Assembly (NCBI GenBank): GCA_049294275.1
Contig: JBAQCQ010000093.1
Location: 975 to 64,974, forward strand
Source of the DNA: Bacteroidales bacterium
Lineage (GTDB): Bacteria > Bacteroidota > Bacteroidia > Bacteroidales > VadinHA17
Length of the DNA: 64,000 nucleotides
Direction of reading: 5' to 3'
How positions within the stretch are numbered: the stretch's first letter is position 1; the number at the start of each line of letters is the position of its first letter. The notes under the pieces are model-generated. The model had not been told where the DNA came from, searched no databases, and saw only the letters and a program-made list of their open reading frames with translations. Made by a program: the position numbers and the translations under genes. Shown here piece by piece: positions 47,737 through 62,844 of the stretch.

Positions 47737-48252
47737 ATGAGAAGAGACGAAAAAACCGATATTATAAACAGCCTGGCTGATACCCTGAAGGAGTACAGTC
47801 ATTTTTACCTGACTGACACTGCACAGCTCAATGCTGCTGATACCAGTGATCTCAGAAGGAAGTGCTTCGAGAACCAGATAAAACTGGTTGTCGTAAAGAA
47901 CACCCTCCTGAAGAGAGCGCTGGAGCAGGCCGGAATCGAGTGCGGAGAATTGTTCCCCGTGCTTAAGGGTTCCACTGCTGTAATGTTCTCGAATAACGGA
48001 AATACTCCTGCAAAAATGATCAGGGACTTTCGTAAATCGCATCCCAAACCCCTGATAAAAGGCGCGTACATAGAAGAATCGGTATATGTCGGTGACAATC
48101 TCCTTGAGACCCTCGTGGCACTCAAGTCGAGAGAAGAACTACTCGGCGATATCATAATGCTTCTGCAGTCGCCCGCGAAGAATGTCATCTCCGCGCTGCA
48201 GTCAGGCGGTTCAAAAATCCATGGTGTTCTGGAAACACTGTCAAAAAAGTAA
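47737..48252 (+). CDS. rplJ: 50S ribosomal protein L10
   Basis: 171 aa. Called from its position in rplKAJL and an L10-like N-terminus. Confidence 0.9.
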   Translation: MRRDEKTDIINSLADTLKEYSHFYLTDTAQLNAADTSDLRRKCFENQIKLVVVKNTLLKRALEQAGIECGELFPVLKGSTAVMFSNNGNTPAKMIRDFRKSHPKPLIKGAYIEESVYVGDNLLETLVALKSREELLGDIIMLLQSPAKNVISALQSGGSKIHGVLETLSKK

Positions 48253-48289
48253 TAATCATTAGTTAATCAAATTAAAAATTCCTATAAAA

Positions 48290-48667
48290 ATGGCAGATCT
48301 TAAGAAATTTGCAGAAGAGTTGGTAAACTTAACCGTGAAAGAGGTTAATGAGCTTGCGAAAATAATGAAAGACGAGTATGGCATCGAGCCGGCAGCAGCA
48401 GCAGTTGCTGTTGCAGCACCTGCGGCAGGAGCCGACGCTCCGGCAGTAGCCGAGAAGACATCATTTGATGTCATCCTCAAGAGTGCAGGCCCACAGAAGC
48501 TTCAGATAGTCAAGCTGGTGAAAGACCTTACCGGACTTGGTCTGAAAGAAGCAAAAGCAGTTGTTGATGCCGCTCCCGGCGCCGTGAAAGAAGGTGTATC
48601 AAAGGAAGAGGCTGAGAACATTAAGAAAACATTGGAAGAATCAGGAGCTGAAGTTGAACTTAAATAA
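48290..48667 (+). CDS. rplL: 50S ribosomal protein L7/L12
   Basis: 125 aa. Ala-rich hinge and [15 protein letters not shown]. Confidence 0.97.
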   Translation: MADLKKFAEELVNLTVKEVNELAKIMKDEYGIEPAAAAVAVAAPAAGADAPAVAEKTSFDVILKSAGPQKLQIVKLVKDLTGLGLKEAKAVVDAAPGAVKEGVSKEEAENIKKTLEESGAEVELK

Positions 48668-48695
48668 GTTATTCCTGATTACCGGGTTTACAGGT

Positions 48696-48730
48696 TTAGT
48701 TCCGCCACCAGGCGGAGCTAAGCCTTTTTG
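48696..48730 (+). terminator. Attenuator/terminator hairpin between rplL and rpoB
   Basis: An 11-bp stem TTAGTTCCGCC / GGCGGAGCTAA with an ACCA loop, followed by GCCTTTTTG. Confidence 0.6.
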
Positions 48731-48764
48731 TCATTTTTCATAAGTTCACTTAATCCTACCATAA

Positions 48765-52574
<3,810 letters not shown>

Positions 52575-52612
52575 ATAAGCTGAGTACAAATAAGTATAAA
52601 AGGAGAAAACAT

Positions 52613-55600
52613 ATGTCATTCAGAAGGGATAACAAACAGAAGACCAGCTACACGAAGATTTCAATAGGGCTGGCATCGCCCGAAGAGATTCTTGACAAGT
52701 CGAGCGGCGAGGTCCTGAAACCTGAGACAATCAACTACCGTACCTATAAGCCTGAACGTGACGGCCTCTTCTGCGAGAGGATCTTCGGTCCGGTCAAGGA
52801 CTATGAATGCCACTGCGGCAAGTACAAGAGGATACGCTACAAGGGTATCGTCTGTGACCGCTGCGGAGTCGAGGTCACGGAGAAGAAGGTCAGGCGCGAG
52901 CGCATGGGACACATCTCGCTGGTGGTTCCCGTGGCACACATATGGTACTTCAGGTCACTGCCGAACAAGATCGGCTACCTGCTAGGCCTGCCGACAAAGA
53001 AGCTTGACAGCATCATCTATTATGAGAGATATGTTGTCATCAATCCTGGCGTAAAAGCCGTTGACGGCGTCAAATACCTCGATTTCCTCTCCGAAGAGGA
53101 GTATATGGAGATCGTTGAGACGCTGCCGAAGGAGAACCAGTATCTTGATGATGATCATCCTGACAAGTTTGTTGCAGAGATGGGGGCCGAGGCTCTCTAC
53201 AAGCTGCTGAGCAAGCTTGACCTCGATGAGCTCTCATATTCACTGCGTCACCGCGCCAACTCCGAGACATCGCAGCAGCGTAAGAGCGAGGCTCTCAAGA
53301 GACTGCAGGTTGTTGAGGCCTTCAGGGAGTCAAAGAACATCAACAGACCCGAGTGGATGATTGTGAAGATCGTTCCGGTCATTCCGCCCGAACTGAGGCC
53401 TCTCGTGCCGCTCGACGGCGGCCGCTTCGCGACAAGTGACCTCAACGACCTCTACCGCAGGGTGATAATACGCAACAACCGTCTCAAGAGGCTCATAGAG
53501 ATCAAGGCCCCCGAGGTTATTCTTCGTAATGAAAAGAGGATGCTCCAGGAGGCTGTCGACTCACTGTTCGATAACTCGCGCAAGGCCAACGCTGTCAAGA
53601 CTGACGCCAACAGGCCTCTCAAGTCGCTCTCAGACAGCCTCAAGGGCAAGCAGGGACGCTTCCGTCAGAACCTTCTGGGTAAGAGGGTTGACTATTCGGC
53701 CCGTTCGGTTATCGTCGTCGGACCTGAGCTCAAGCTCCACGAGACAGGTATCCCCAAGGATATGGCAGCCGAGCTCTACAAGCCGTTTGTGATTCGCAAG
53801 CTCATTGAGCGCGGCATCGTCAAGACGGTCAAGAGCGCAAAGAAGATCGTTGACCGCAAGGACCCGGTTGTGTGGGACATTCTTGAAAACGTTCTCAAGG
53901 GCCATCCCGTGATGCTCAACCGTGCACCGACCCTTCACAGGCTCGGTATACAGGCCTTCCAGCCCAAGCTGATCGAAGGCAAGGCCATCCAGCTTCATCC
54001 ACTCGTATGTACGGCTTTCAACGCCGACTTCGACGGTGACCAGATGGCGGTGCACCTTCCGCTGGGCAATGCGGCCATCCTTGAGGCACAGATGCTGATG
54101 CTCGCATCACATAACATCCTTAACCCGGCCAACGGCGCGCCGATAACCGTTCCTTCACAGGACATGGTACTCGGACTGTACTATATAACAAAGGCACGCA
54201 AGAGCACCGAGACAATCAAGGTCAAGGGCGAAGGATCGGTGTTCTATTCGCATGAGGAGGTACGCATAGCCTATAATGAGAATAAGATTGACCTGCACGC
54301 CATCATAAAGGTGAAGGTTGACGACGTAGTTGACGGTAAGAAGGTCAACCACCTGATAGAGACCACCGTAGGCCGCGTGCTCTTCAATGAGTTCGTGCCT
54401 GAAGAGGTTGGTTTCATCAACGAGATTCTGACCAAGAAATCACTCAGGGACATCATTGGCAACGTGCTGAAGAAGGCCGGTACAGCCAAAACTGCTGACT
54501 TCCTTGATGACATCAAGGACCTTGGGTTCAGGATGGCATTCACCGGCGGCCTCTCATTCAACCTTGACGACGTAATCATTCCCCAGGAGAAGGAGATGTT
54601 CGTACAGGAGGGCTATGAGCAGGTTGACGAGGTGCTCTCGAACTACAGCATGGGCTTCATCACTAACAACGAGAGGTACAACCAGATCATTGACATCTGG
54701 ACACATGTCAACGCACGCCTTACTCAGAGTCTTATGAAGCAGTTGTCGAACGACAAGCAGGGCTTCAACTCGGTTTACATGATGCTCGACTCAGGCGCGA
54801 GGGGCTCAAAGGAGCAGATCCGTCAGCTCTCGGGCATGAGGGGCCTAATGGCCAAGCCGCAGAAGTCAGGCTCATCAGGATCCGAGATTATCGAGAACCC
54901 GATTCTCTCGAACTTCAAGGAGGGCCTGTCAGTGCTTGAGTACTTCATCTCGACCCACGGCGCCCGCAAGGGTCTTGCCGACACCGCGCTGAAGACAGCT
55001 GACGCAGGGTATCTTACCCGCCGTCTTGTTGACGTCTCACAGGATGTTATCATAACCGAAGAAGACTGCGGTACGCTTCGCGGACTGGTGGCTACAGCCA
55101 TCAAGAACAACGAGGAGATCGTGGAATCACTCTACGAACGGATCCTCGGACGCACAACCGTCCATGACATTTATAACCCCCTTACCGGCGAACTTATTTC
55201 TGCTGCAGGTGAGGAGATAACCGAGGAGGTGGCAAACCGCATCGACGAGTCGCCCATCGAACAGGTTGAGATCCGTTCGGTTCTCACCTGCGAATCAAAG
55301 AAGGGCGTCTGCGCCAAGTGTTACGGACGTAACCTTGCCACCGGACGCATGGTCCAGAAGGGTGAGGCTACCGGGGTTATAGCCGCACAGAGTATCGGTG
55401 AACCCGGTACGCAGCTTACCCTGCGTACATTCCACGTGGGTGGTACCGCATCGAACATAACCACTGAATCAAGCCTCATTGCAAGATACGGCGGTATTGC
55501 CGTTATTGAGGAGGTAAGAACCGTTATAAAGAAAGACCCGGAGAAGGGCAAGGTGGATGTTGTCATCGGACGACTGGGCGAGCTCAGGATCATTGACAAG

Positions 55601-56908
55601 AAGACAGGCATTGCCCTGACCACACATACAATACCTTACGGAAGCAGGCTTTACATCAAGGCCAACCAGGAGGTGCAGAAGGGCCAGCTCATCTGCGAAT
55701 GGGATCCATTCAATGCCGTTATTATCTCCGAAGTGGCAGGTAAGGTGGCGTTTGACTACCTCATTGAGGGCGTGACCTTCCGTGAAGAGTCAGATGAGCA
55801 GACCGGTTTCAAGGAGAAGGTGATCATCGAGAGCAGGGACAAGACCAAGAACCCGACTATCAAGATCATGTCTCCGGAGGGTACTGAGATAAAATCTTAC
55901 AACCTGCCTGTCGGAGCTCACCTTGTGACTGACCTTAACAAGCTTGTCGAGGCCGGCGATACGATCGTGAAGATACCAAGGGCAGTGGGTAAGTCAGGTG
56001 ACATAACAGGCGGTCTGCCGCGTGTCACCGAGCTCTTCGAAGCCCGTAACCCGTCGAACCCGGCTATCGTGACCGAGATTGACGGCGAGGTGACCTACGG
56101 CAAGATCAAAAGGGGTAACAGGGAAATAACCATCACATCCAAAACGGGTGAGACGAAGAAGTACCTTGTTCCACTTTCGAAGCAGATCCTTGTCCAGGAA
56201 AACGACTACGTCAGGGCCGGAATACCGCTCTCCGACGGAGCCATCACCCCCTCGGACATACTTGCCATCAAGGGCCCCACAAAGGTACAGGAGTACATTG
56301 TCAACGAGATACAGGAGGTATACCGTCTCCAGGGTGTTAAGATCAACGACAAGCACTTTGAGATCATCGTGAGACAGATGATGCGCAAGGTGGAGATCAT
56401 TGATCCGGGTGACACCAAGTTCCTTGAACGACAGGTTGTTGACAAGCTGGAGTTCATGGATGAGAACGACTGGGTTTATGGCAAGAAGATCGTCCTTGAT
56501 GCCGGTGACAGCCAGACACTGAGGGCAGGGATGGTGATCACTGCGCGCAAGCTGAGAGATGAAAACTCGTTGCTCAAGCGCCGCGACCTGAAAATCATTG
56601 AGGCCAGGGATGCCGTACCGGCAACATCACAGCAGGTGCTGCAGGGTATCACGCGCGCCGCACTCCAGACAAACAGCTTCTTCTCGGCAGCCTCCTTCCA
56701 GGAGACCACCAAGGTACTGAACGAAGCAGCCATCCTCGGGAAGATTGACTTCCTCGAAGGACTGAAGGAGAATGTGATCGTGGGACACCTCATCCCGGCC
56801 GGAACAGGCCTGAGGGAGTACAACAACATCATCGTTGGTTCGCTTGACGACTATGAATCACTTGTTCATGCCGGACAGAGCACCACCAGCGAGGTTGAAC
56901 AGGACTAA
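52613..56908 (+). CDS. rpoC: DNA-directed RNA polymerase subunit beta'
   Basis: 1431 aa. Zn motif [15 protein letters not shown] and catalytic NADFDGDQM. Confidence 0.98.
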   Translation: MSFRRDNKQKTSYTKISIGLASPEEILDKSSGEVLKPETINYRTYKPERDGLFCERIFGPVKDYECHCGKYKRIRYKGIVCDRCGVEVTEKKVRRERMGHISLVVPVAHIWYFRSLPNKIGYLLGLPTKKLDSIIYYERYVVINPGVKAVDGVKYLDFLSEEEYMEIVETLPKENQYLDDDHPDKFVAEMGAEALYKLLSKLDLDELSYSLRHRANSETSQQRKSEALKRLQVVEAFRESKNINRPEWMIVKIVPVIPPELRPLVPLDGGRFATSDLNDLYRRVIIRNNRLKRLIEIKAPEVILRNEKRMLQEAVDSLFDNSRKANAVKTDANRPLKSLSDSLKGKQGRFRQNLLGKRVDYSARSVIVVGPELKLHETGIPKDMAAELYKPFVIRKLIERGIVKTVKSAKKIVDRKDPVVWDILENVLKGHPVMLNRAPTLHRLGIQAFQPKLIEGKAIQLHPLVCTAFNADFDGDQMAVHLPLGNAAILEAQMLMLASHNILNPANGAPITVPSQDMVLGLYYITKARKSTETIKVKGEGSVFYSHEEVRIAYNENKIDLHAIIKVKVDDVVDGKKVNHLIETTVGRVLFNEFVPEEVGFINEILTKKSLRDIIGNVLKKAGTAKTADFLDDIKDLGFRMAFTGGLSFNLDDVIIPQEKEMFVQEGYEQVDEVLSNYSMGFITNNERYNQIIDIWTHVNARLTQSLMKQLSNDKQGFNSVYMMLDSGARGSKEQIRQLSGMRGLMAKPQKSGSSGSEIIENPILSNFKEGLSVLEYFISTHGARKGLADTALKTADAGYLTRRLVDVSQDVIITEEDCGTLRGLVATAIKNNEEIVESLYERILGRTTVHDIYNPLTGELISAAGEEITEEVANRIDESPIEQVEIRSVLTCESKKGVCAKCYGRNLATGRMVQKGEATGVIAAQSIGEPGTQLTLRTFHVGGTASNITTESSLIARYGGIAVIEEVRTVIKKDPEKGKVDVVIGRLGELRIIDKKTGIALTTHTIPYGSRLYIKANQEVQKGQLICEWDPFNAVIISEVAGKVAFDYLIEGVTFREESDEQTGFKEKVIIESRDKTKNPTIKIMSPEGTEIKSYNLPVGAHLVTDLNKLVEAGDTIVKIPRAVGKSGDITGGLPRVTELFEARNPSNPAIVTEIDGEVTYGKIKRGNREITITSKTGETKKYLVPLSKQILVQENDYVRAGIPLSDGAITPSDILAIKGPTKVQEYIVNEIQEVYRLQGVKINDKHFEIIVRQMMRKVEIIDPGDTKFLERQVVDKLEFMDENDWVYGKKIVLDAGDSQTLRAGMVITARKLRDENSLLKRRDLKIIEARDAVPATSQQVLQGITRAALQTNSFFSAASFQETTKVLNEAAILGKIDFLEGLKENVIVGHLIPAGTGLREYNNIIVGSLDDYESLVHAGQSTTSEVEQD

Positions 56909-56922
56909 AGCACAGAATCATC

Positions 56923-57240
56923 ATGGCAGAGAACAAAAACCAGGGTCAGTTCAACATTGAACTGAGTGAAGAGGTTGCCGAGGGCGTTTATTCGAACCTG
57001 GCAGTCATCACCCACTCACCGGCAGAGTTTGTAATTGATTTCATACGGATTATGCCCGGTGTGCCCAAGTCAAAGGTAAAGTCAAGGATCATCCTTACAC
57101 CTGAGCATGCCAAGCGTTTCGTGGCTGCCCTCAGTGACAACATCTCAAAGTATGAGGCCGTCCACGGCCCCATCCGCGAGGTGAAGGGATCAGGACCGGT
57201 TATGCCAATCACATTCGGCGGCCCCACTGCCCAGGCGTGA
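56923..57240 (+). CDS. DUF3467-like small protein downstream of rpoC
   Basis: 105 aa. YSNLAVITHSPAEFVIDF pattern, and the conserved position after rpoC in Bacteroidota. Confidence 0.6.
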   Translation: MAENKNQGQFNIELSEEVAEGVYSNLAVITHSPAEFVIDFIRIMPGVPKSKVKSRIILTPEHAKRFVAALSDNISKYEAVHGPIREVKGSGPVMPITFGGPTAQA

Positions 57241-57260
57241 TTTGTTAATAGCTTAAAGAT

Positions 57261-57294
57261 GAGCCGGTTGTTCATTCAATCGGCTTTCTTTTTT
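57261..57294 (+). terminator. Intrinsic terminator ending the rpoBC-DUF3467 unit
   Basis: A 10-bp stem GAGCCGGTTG / CAATCGGCTT (two G.U pairs) with a TTCATT loop, followed by TCTTTTTT. Confidence 0.7.
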
Positions 57295-57344
57295 GCAGAG
57301 ACGGAAAATAAACGTTATTTTGCGTGTGAATAAAAGGCAAATTC

Positions 57345-57746
57345 ATGAAAAGAAACCGGATTCTGACTAATATAATTCTGGCGCTCCTGATAGGAACGGG
57401 AGCTATACTGGCTGGAGGCTGCAAAAAACAGCCAAAGTGCGGATGCGACGGCGACGCGCTTGATTCCCTGGCCACGGCACATATCTACATCACCTACGAT
57501 GCCGATACCAAAAGCGCCCGCTTCTCACCAATCTATGACAATTATTCTGTCTTTTATTTCTGCAATCCGTCAGAGTGGATGAGCGAGCTTACAAAGTTCA
57601 GCCAGGGGGAGGAGATCCTCGTTTCCGGCCAGTACTTTTACGAATGCAACTACCTGATGAATGCAAGCAACTCATATTATTACAGTTATATGAGGATTTA
57701 CCAGATCAGGGTGACAGCTGTGGGAGCTTACGAATACGGTAAGTGA
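57345..57746 (+). CDS. Hypothetical lipoprotein
   Basis: 133 aa. Signal peptide with lipobox LAGGC. No recognisable domain. Confidence 0.55.
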   Translation: MKRNRILTNIILALLIGTGAILAGGCKKQPKCGCDGDALDSLATAHIYITYDADTKSARFSPIYDNYSVFYFCNPSEWMSELTKFSQGEEILVSGQYFYECNYLMNASNSYYYSYMRIYQIRVTAVGAYEYGK

Positions 57747-57780
57747 TGCACCGCGGTGAACCGCATAAGCCTCATATAAA

Positions 57781-58563
57781 GTGGCGATTTACAATATATC
57801 CTTTATCGGCGCTGGCAATGTGGCAGAGTCGCTCTGTGCGGGCCTGAAAGCCGCCGGACACAGGATACTGTCCGTTGCGTCAAAGAGCGGCGACAGCGCT
57901 AGTGCACTGGCAGAGGCAACCGGAGCTGAATGGCGGCGCGATCTTACGGTACCTGGCAACTGTGACATACTGATCCTCGCGGTCACCGATGCCGCGGTCG
58001 CTGAAATTGCCTCTTCTGCGACTCTCCCGGATCATACACTGATTGCACATACCGCCGGCAGCGTACCGCTGTCAGTCCTCGGGAGAAAGAAGAATGCAGG
58101 GGTTTTATATCCGCTGCAGACCTTTACAAAAGGCTTCCCGCCGGATCTTGGTAAGGTGCCGTTCTTTATCGAGGCCACTGACAGCCACTCCCTGGCAAAA
58201 CTAAGGGAAATTGGCACGGGCATCGGGGCAGGGGCATGGGATTGTGATTCCGAACAGAGAAGACACCTTCACGTGGCAGCGGTATTTACAAACAACTTTT
58301 CGAATTTCATGATGACAACGGGCGAATCCATAGCTGCCGGGGCAGGCTTTGACCCCGCACTGCTGCACCCGCTGATGGAGGAAACCGTGCGCAAGGCACT
58401 TCGCACCGGACCGTCCTCTGCGCAGACCGGACCTGCTGTGAGACATGACCTCGGCACAATTAAAAGTCATATCGAATTGCTATCTTTCTCACCAGAATAC
58501 CAGAAACTGTACCGGCTTGTCACAGCGATGATAGCCGGTCATTACAGGAAGAACAGAAGATGA
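57781..58563 (+). CDS. Rossmann-fold / DUF2520-like protein (F420-oxidoreductase-like N-terminus)
   Basis: 260 aa, GTG start. FIGAGNVAESL dinucleotide-binding motif. Confidence 0.6.
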   Translation: MAIYNISFIGAGNVAESLCAGLKAAGHRILSVASKSGDSASALAEATGAEWRRDLTVPGNCDILILAVTDAAVAEIASSATLPDHTLIAHTAGSVPLSVLGRKKNAGVLYPLQTFTKGFPPDLGKVPFFIEATDSHSLAKLREIGTGIGAGAWDCDSEQRRHLHVAAVFTNNFSNFMMTTGESIAAGAGFDPALLHPLMEETVRKALRTGPSSAQTGPAVRHDLGTIKSHIELLSFSPEYQKLYRLVTAMIAGHYRKNRR

Positions 58564-59081
58564 CCAACTTCAAGGAAGAGCTCCGCGGCGTGAAAGCCTT
58601 CGTTTTTGACATAGACGGTGTGCTGTCGACCCAGACAATTGCTCTCTCGGTGTGGGGCGTGCCCCTGCGCACAGTGAACCTCAGGGACGGTTACGCCATA
58701 CAGCTCGCAGTTAAAAAGGGATATCATGTGGGAGTGATCTCGGGAGCAAACTCAAAGGAGTACATCAAACGTCTGAAAACCCTTGGAGTGACTGACATTT
58801 ATCTCAATTCAAGGACAAAAAGCGAGAGCATGACAGAGCTGGTCTCCAAATGGAATGTGGATCTGAAAAATGTCCTATACATGGGTGATGACATCCCTGA
58901 CTTCAAAGTTATGAAGATGGTTGGACTTCCCGCCTGCCCGGCCGATGCCGACAGCGAGATCAAACAGGTAGCCGTGTACATATCGGACAAGCGGGGAGGA
59001 GAGGGCTGTGTCCGTGATGTGATTGAACAGGCGCTGAGACTTCACGATAACTGGATGGATCATGAAGCATTCTCGTGGTGA
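58560..59081 (+). CDS. kdsC: KDO 8-phosphate phosphatase (HAD family)
   Basis: 173 aa. FVFDIDGVL (DxD), GVISG and GDDIPD. Confidence 0.8.
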   Translation: MTNFKEELRGVKAFVFDIDGVLSTQTIALSVWGVPLRTVNLRDGYAIQLAVKKGYHVGVISGANSKEYIKRLKTLGVTDIYLNSRTKSESMTELVSKWNVDLKNVLYMGDDIPDFKVMKMVGLPACPADADSEIKQVAVYISDKRGGEGCVRDVIEQALRLHDNWMDHEAFSW

Positions 59082-60072
59082 AAGGATAAAGGATGTGATG
59101 ACGCTTGTCAGGCTCCCTAACCTACTGGTTGTGGCTGTGACAATGATGCTCATGAGGTATGCAATCCTGAGGCCACTCCTGGATGCCTTGCCTGTGACAC
59201 TGGCCGGCGAACCGCCCGTGGTGACAACCATGACATTCCAGCTCGGTTGGTTTGATTTCGTGATCCTTGTCATAGCAACCTGCCTAATCACTGCAGCAGG
59301 TTACGTCATAAACGATTACTTTGACATCAGGGCAGACCTTATTAACCGTGGATCGATCATCGTGGGAAATACAATCACAAGGCGAATGGCGATGATGTAC
59401 CACAACGTGCTGAACATACTCGGGGTCATCGGCGGTACATATGTCTCAGCCCGGATTGGTTACGTCTGGCTCGGCATCTTCTTCATCCTCATTTCCGGCC
59501 TGCTCTGGTTCTACTCCACAACTTACAAGCGACAGTTCCTGATAGGTAATATCATTGTGGCTATGCTTGTTGCAATGGTCCCGATGATGGTTGTGGTATA
59601 CGATGCCGCACCCATATATGCCTACTATTCACAGGTCACCGTAAGTTTTCCCGGAGTGTCGATCCTCTTCTACTGGGTGGGCGGCTTCGCAATTTTTGCC
59701 TTTCTGACAACCCTGATACGGGAGATAATCAAAGACATGGAAGACTGCGAGGGCGACAGGGAGACGGGCAGAAGGACACTTCCTGTCGTATCAGGGCTGA
59801 TTACATGCAAATCGGTCGTGATGATACTTTCACTCTTTACGGTTGTTGCCCTCTACATCGTATGGTTCAGATACCTTAATGACAGGGTAACGCTTGCCTA
59901 TATCACAATCCTGCTTGTAGTGCCTTTTGCCCTGGTAATTTATAAAGTTATTACAGGAAAGGAGCAGCATCATTTCCATTACGCCAGCAGGCTGATGAAG
60001 CTCATAATGTTTTTTGGTATTATCTATGCCCTTGTTGCAGGAGCGATCATCACATCGGGAAAAATATTATAG
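59062..60072 (+). CDS. UbiA-family prenyltransferase (digeranylgeranylglyceryl-phosphate-synthase-like)
   Basis: 336 aa with about 8-9 TM helices. Asp-rich motifs NDYFDIRAD and KDMEDCEGD. The start may instead be ATG 59098. Confidence 0.75.
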   Translation: MKHSRGERIKDVMTLVRLPNLLVVAVTMMLMRYAILRPLLDALPVTLAGEPPVVTTMTFQLGWFDFVILVIATCLITAAGYVINDYFDIRADLINRGSIIVGNTITRRMAMMYHNVLNILGVIGGTYVSARIGYVWLGIFFILISGLLWFYSTTYKRQFLIGNIIVAMLVAMVPMMVVVYDAAPIYAYYSQVTVSFPGVSILFYWVGGFAIFAFLTTLIREIIKDMEDCEGDRETGRRTLPVVSGLITCKSVVMILSLFTVVALYIVWFRYLNDRVTLAYITILLVVPFALVIYKVITGKEQHHFHYASRLMKLIMFFGIIYALVAGAIITSGKIL

Positions 60073-60073
60073 G

Positions 60074-60679
60074 ATGATTGCTGACGGGCTGCAGGATTAT
60101 GATCTCATTCTGGCTTCCGCGTCGCCAAGGCGAAGGCAGCTTATGGAGGAGGCCGGATTCAGGTTCCGTACTGTACCTGTGGACTTTGACGAAAGCTGGC
60201 CTGACCGGCTGAGGGGAAAGGAAATAGCGGAATTCCTTGCCACCGGCAAGTCCGAAGCCTGGCCGGATGCGATAAGCCCGCGGCAGATTGTGATTACGGC
60301 AGATACGGTTGTCTGGTGTCATGATGAGGTTCTCGGCAAACCGCGAGATGACGAGGAGGCAATGCATTTTCTCAGGCTCCTTTCAGGCTGCAGGCACGAG
60401 GTGATCACCGCCATCTGCATCCGGGACAATGCCAGACGGCATCTCTTCTCGGTCACCACCGGAGTTACCTTCAGAATACTCCGTGAGGATGAGATAACAT
60501 ATTATATAAAAAACTACCGGCCTCATGACAAGGCCGGTGCCTATGCCATCCAGGAGTGGATAGGCCTGAGAGCCATTAAAAGCATTGAAGGATCATACTA
60601 CAACGTAGTGGGGTTGCCCGTAAGCGAACTCCTTGATCAACTCATTCATTTTACCGGAAACAAAATAAATACGATATGA
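60074..60679 (+). CDS. maf: Maf-family nucleoside triphosphate pyrophosphatase
   Basis: LASASPRRRQLM, TADTVV and KAGAYAIQ. ATG at 60074 is preferred over the longer ORF from 60014. Confidence 0.85.
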   Translation: MIADGLQDYDLILASASPRRRQLMEEAGFRFRTVPVDFDESWPDRLRGKEIAEFLATGKSEAWPDAISPRQIVITADTVVWCHDEVLGKPRDDEEAMHFLRLLSGCRHEVITAICIRDNARRHLFSVTTGVTFRILREDEITYYIKNYRPHDKAGAYAIQEWIGLRAIKSIEGSYYNVVGLPVSELLDQLIHFTGNKINTI

Positions 60680-62844
60680 AAAGACGACTTGTCATTTTTG
60701 CGCTTCTCGTTGCGCTATTCTCACCCTCAGCGTTTGCTGATGAGGGCATGTGGGTGCCTGTTCTCATCGAGAAATACAATATCCGACTGATGCAGGAGAA
60801 CGGATTCAAACTCACTGCTGAAGACATCTACAGCATCAACAAGGCCTCCATGAAGGATGCCGTTGTCATGTTCGGTGGTGGCTGCACTGGAGAGTTCATC
60901 TCTGACAGGGGACTGATAATTACCAATCATCATTGCGGCTACGGATCGATCCAGAATCACTCCACCCTTGAACACGATTACCTGGCAGATGGCTTCTGGG
61001 CTGCCTCGCCGGCAGAAGAGCTGGCAAACCCCGGGCTGACGGTGACCATTCTGAAGTACATGGAAGATGTCACTGACAGAGTGCTTGAAGGTGTCACCGA
61101 AGAGATGGACAAGGACAAACGGGAAGCAACAGTCAATGCCAATATTACTGCCATAAGCAGTGAGGCAGTAAAGGGAACACACTACCTGGCTGCGGTCAGG
61201 CCCTTCTTCCTGGGCAACCAGTATTTTTTGATCGTCAACGAGGTCTTCCGTGATGTCAGACTGGCAGGGGCACCCCCCTCCTCAATAGGAAAGTTCGGCG
61301 GAGACACTGACAACTGGGTATGGCCCCGCCACACGGGCGATTTCTCCCTCTTCAGGGTCTATGCCGACAAAGAAAACAAACCGGCAGCCTATGCAGCTGA
61401 AAATGTTCCCTACAAACCGGCGTACCATTTCCCCGTATCGCTGGCAGGGGTCAGGGAGGGTGACTTTACAATGGTATTCGGTTATCCGGGCAGGACGCAG
61501 CAGTACGCTCCCTCAAACCACATAAGGATGCTTAAGGATGTCATCTACCCGAAACAGGTTGAGATCCGCGGTAAAAAGATTTCAATCATGGAACAGTCGA
61601 TGGCCGGCGATCCGCTCGTCAGGATCAAATACTCCGGCAAGTCATTCGGACTTGCAAACGGCTGGAAGAAATGGATAGGGGAGATACAGAGCCTTGACAA
61701 CATGAATGGTGTGGAACGGAAGGAGTCATTTGAAAAGGATTTCACCTCGTGGGCAGAGGCTGACCCGACCCGCTCAGCGAAGTACGGCACCATACTGGGG
61801 CAGTACTCTGAAATATACCACAACTACGTGAAGTATTACCTGGTAAATGTTTATACCTCCGAGGTCTTCGGCTCCTCCGGAGCAGAGCCTGTAGCTCTTG
61901 CAGGCGCCTTCCGAAGGGCGGTGGAGCTGGCTTCGGCTAAAAGTCCGGACCTTGACAAGGAGCTTCAGAGGATTAAAGACTATACGTCAGGCTTCTTTCG
62001 CAATTATGACGCGGATGTCTCCAAAAAGCTGTTCGTTGCGGTGATGGACCTGTACGGAAAGAATGTCGATCGTGAATGGCAGGCACCTGCTTACAGGGAC
62101 CTTTATGCGTCATCAGTGGGTAATTTCCAATCTGTGGCAGACAGACTATTTGCAAAGTCAATTTTTGCCGATGAGGGAAGGGTGAATGCACTTCTTGAAA
62201 GGTTTGACCCGAAGAAGGTGACAAAAGATCCCTTCTACATCCTTGCATCCTCAGTTGCTGAACTGATTGAGTCCAGGGTAAGACCCGAACTGAATTCATA
62301 CGACGCCCGGCTTGCCGATCTTAATAAACTTTACATGGCAGCCCAGATGGAGAAGGGCAGTGACAGGGTCTTTTACCCTGACGCCAACTCCACACTAAGG
62401 CTTGCTTATGGCAGGGTGATTGGATACGATGCACGAGATGCCGTTTATCACAAGCATCAAACTACCCTTACGGGTGTTATGGAGAAGGACAACCCGGATA
62501 TTTATGATTATGATGTTCCCGACAGGCTTAAGGAGCTTTACGGTAAAAAGGATTTCGACAGGTATGCCGTCAACGGCGATGTGCCGGTCTGTTTCATCGC
62601 CGACAACCACACCACCGGCGGAAACTCGGGAAGCCCCGTACTGAATGCCGAAGGTCACCTGGTAGGGGTAAACTTTGACCGTGCATGGGAGGGGGTTGCT
62701 TCAGATATCATGTTCAATCCGAAGCAGAGCCGGAACATCAGCCTTGACATCAGGTATGTTCTCTTTATAATCGACAAGTTTGCCGGCGCAGGTTACCTCA
62801 TTGATGAGATGACACTTGTTGGCGAGCCTCGGAATACTCCCTGA
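60676..62844 (+). CDS. S46-family dipeptidyl-peptidase (DPP7/DPP11-like)
   Basis: 722 aa with a signal peptide followed by DEGMW. ITNHHCG (His) and GGNSGSPV (Ser). Confidence 0.85.
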   Translation: MKRRLVIFALLVALFSPSAFADEGMWVPVLIEKYNIRLMQENGFKLTAEDIYSINKASMKDAVVMFGGGCTGEFISDRGLIITNHHCGYGSIQNHSTLEHDYLADGFWAASPAEELANPGLTVTILKYMEDVTDRVLEGVTEEMDKDKREATVNANITAISSEAVKGTHYLAAVRPFFLGNQYFLIVNEVFRDVRLAGAPPSSIGKFGGDTDNWVWPRHTGDFSLFRVYADKENKPAAYAAENVPYKPAYHFPVSLAGVREGDFTMVFGYPGRTQQYAPSNHIRMLKDVIYPKQVEIRGKKISIMEQSMAGDPLVRIKYSGKSFGLANGWKKWIGEIQSLDNMNGVERKESFEKDFTSWAEADPTRSAKYGTILGQYSEIYHNYVKYYLVNVYTSEVFGSSGAEPVALAGAFRRAVELASAKSPDLDKELQRIKDYTSGFFRNYDADVSKKLFVAVMDLYGKNVDREWQAPAYRDLYASSVGNFQSVADRLFAKSIFADEGRVNALLERFDPKKVTKDPFYILASSVAELIESRVRPELNSYDARLADLNKLYMAAQMEKGSDRVFYPDANSTLRLAYGRVIGYDARDAVYHKHQTTLTGVMEKDNPDIYDYDVPDRLKELYGKKDFDRYAVNGDVPVCFIADNHTTGGNSGSPVLNAEGHLVGVNFDRAWEGVASDIMFNPKQSRNISLDIRYVLFIIDKFAGAGYLIDEMTLVGEPRNTP

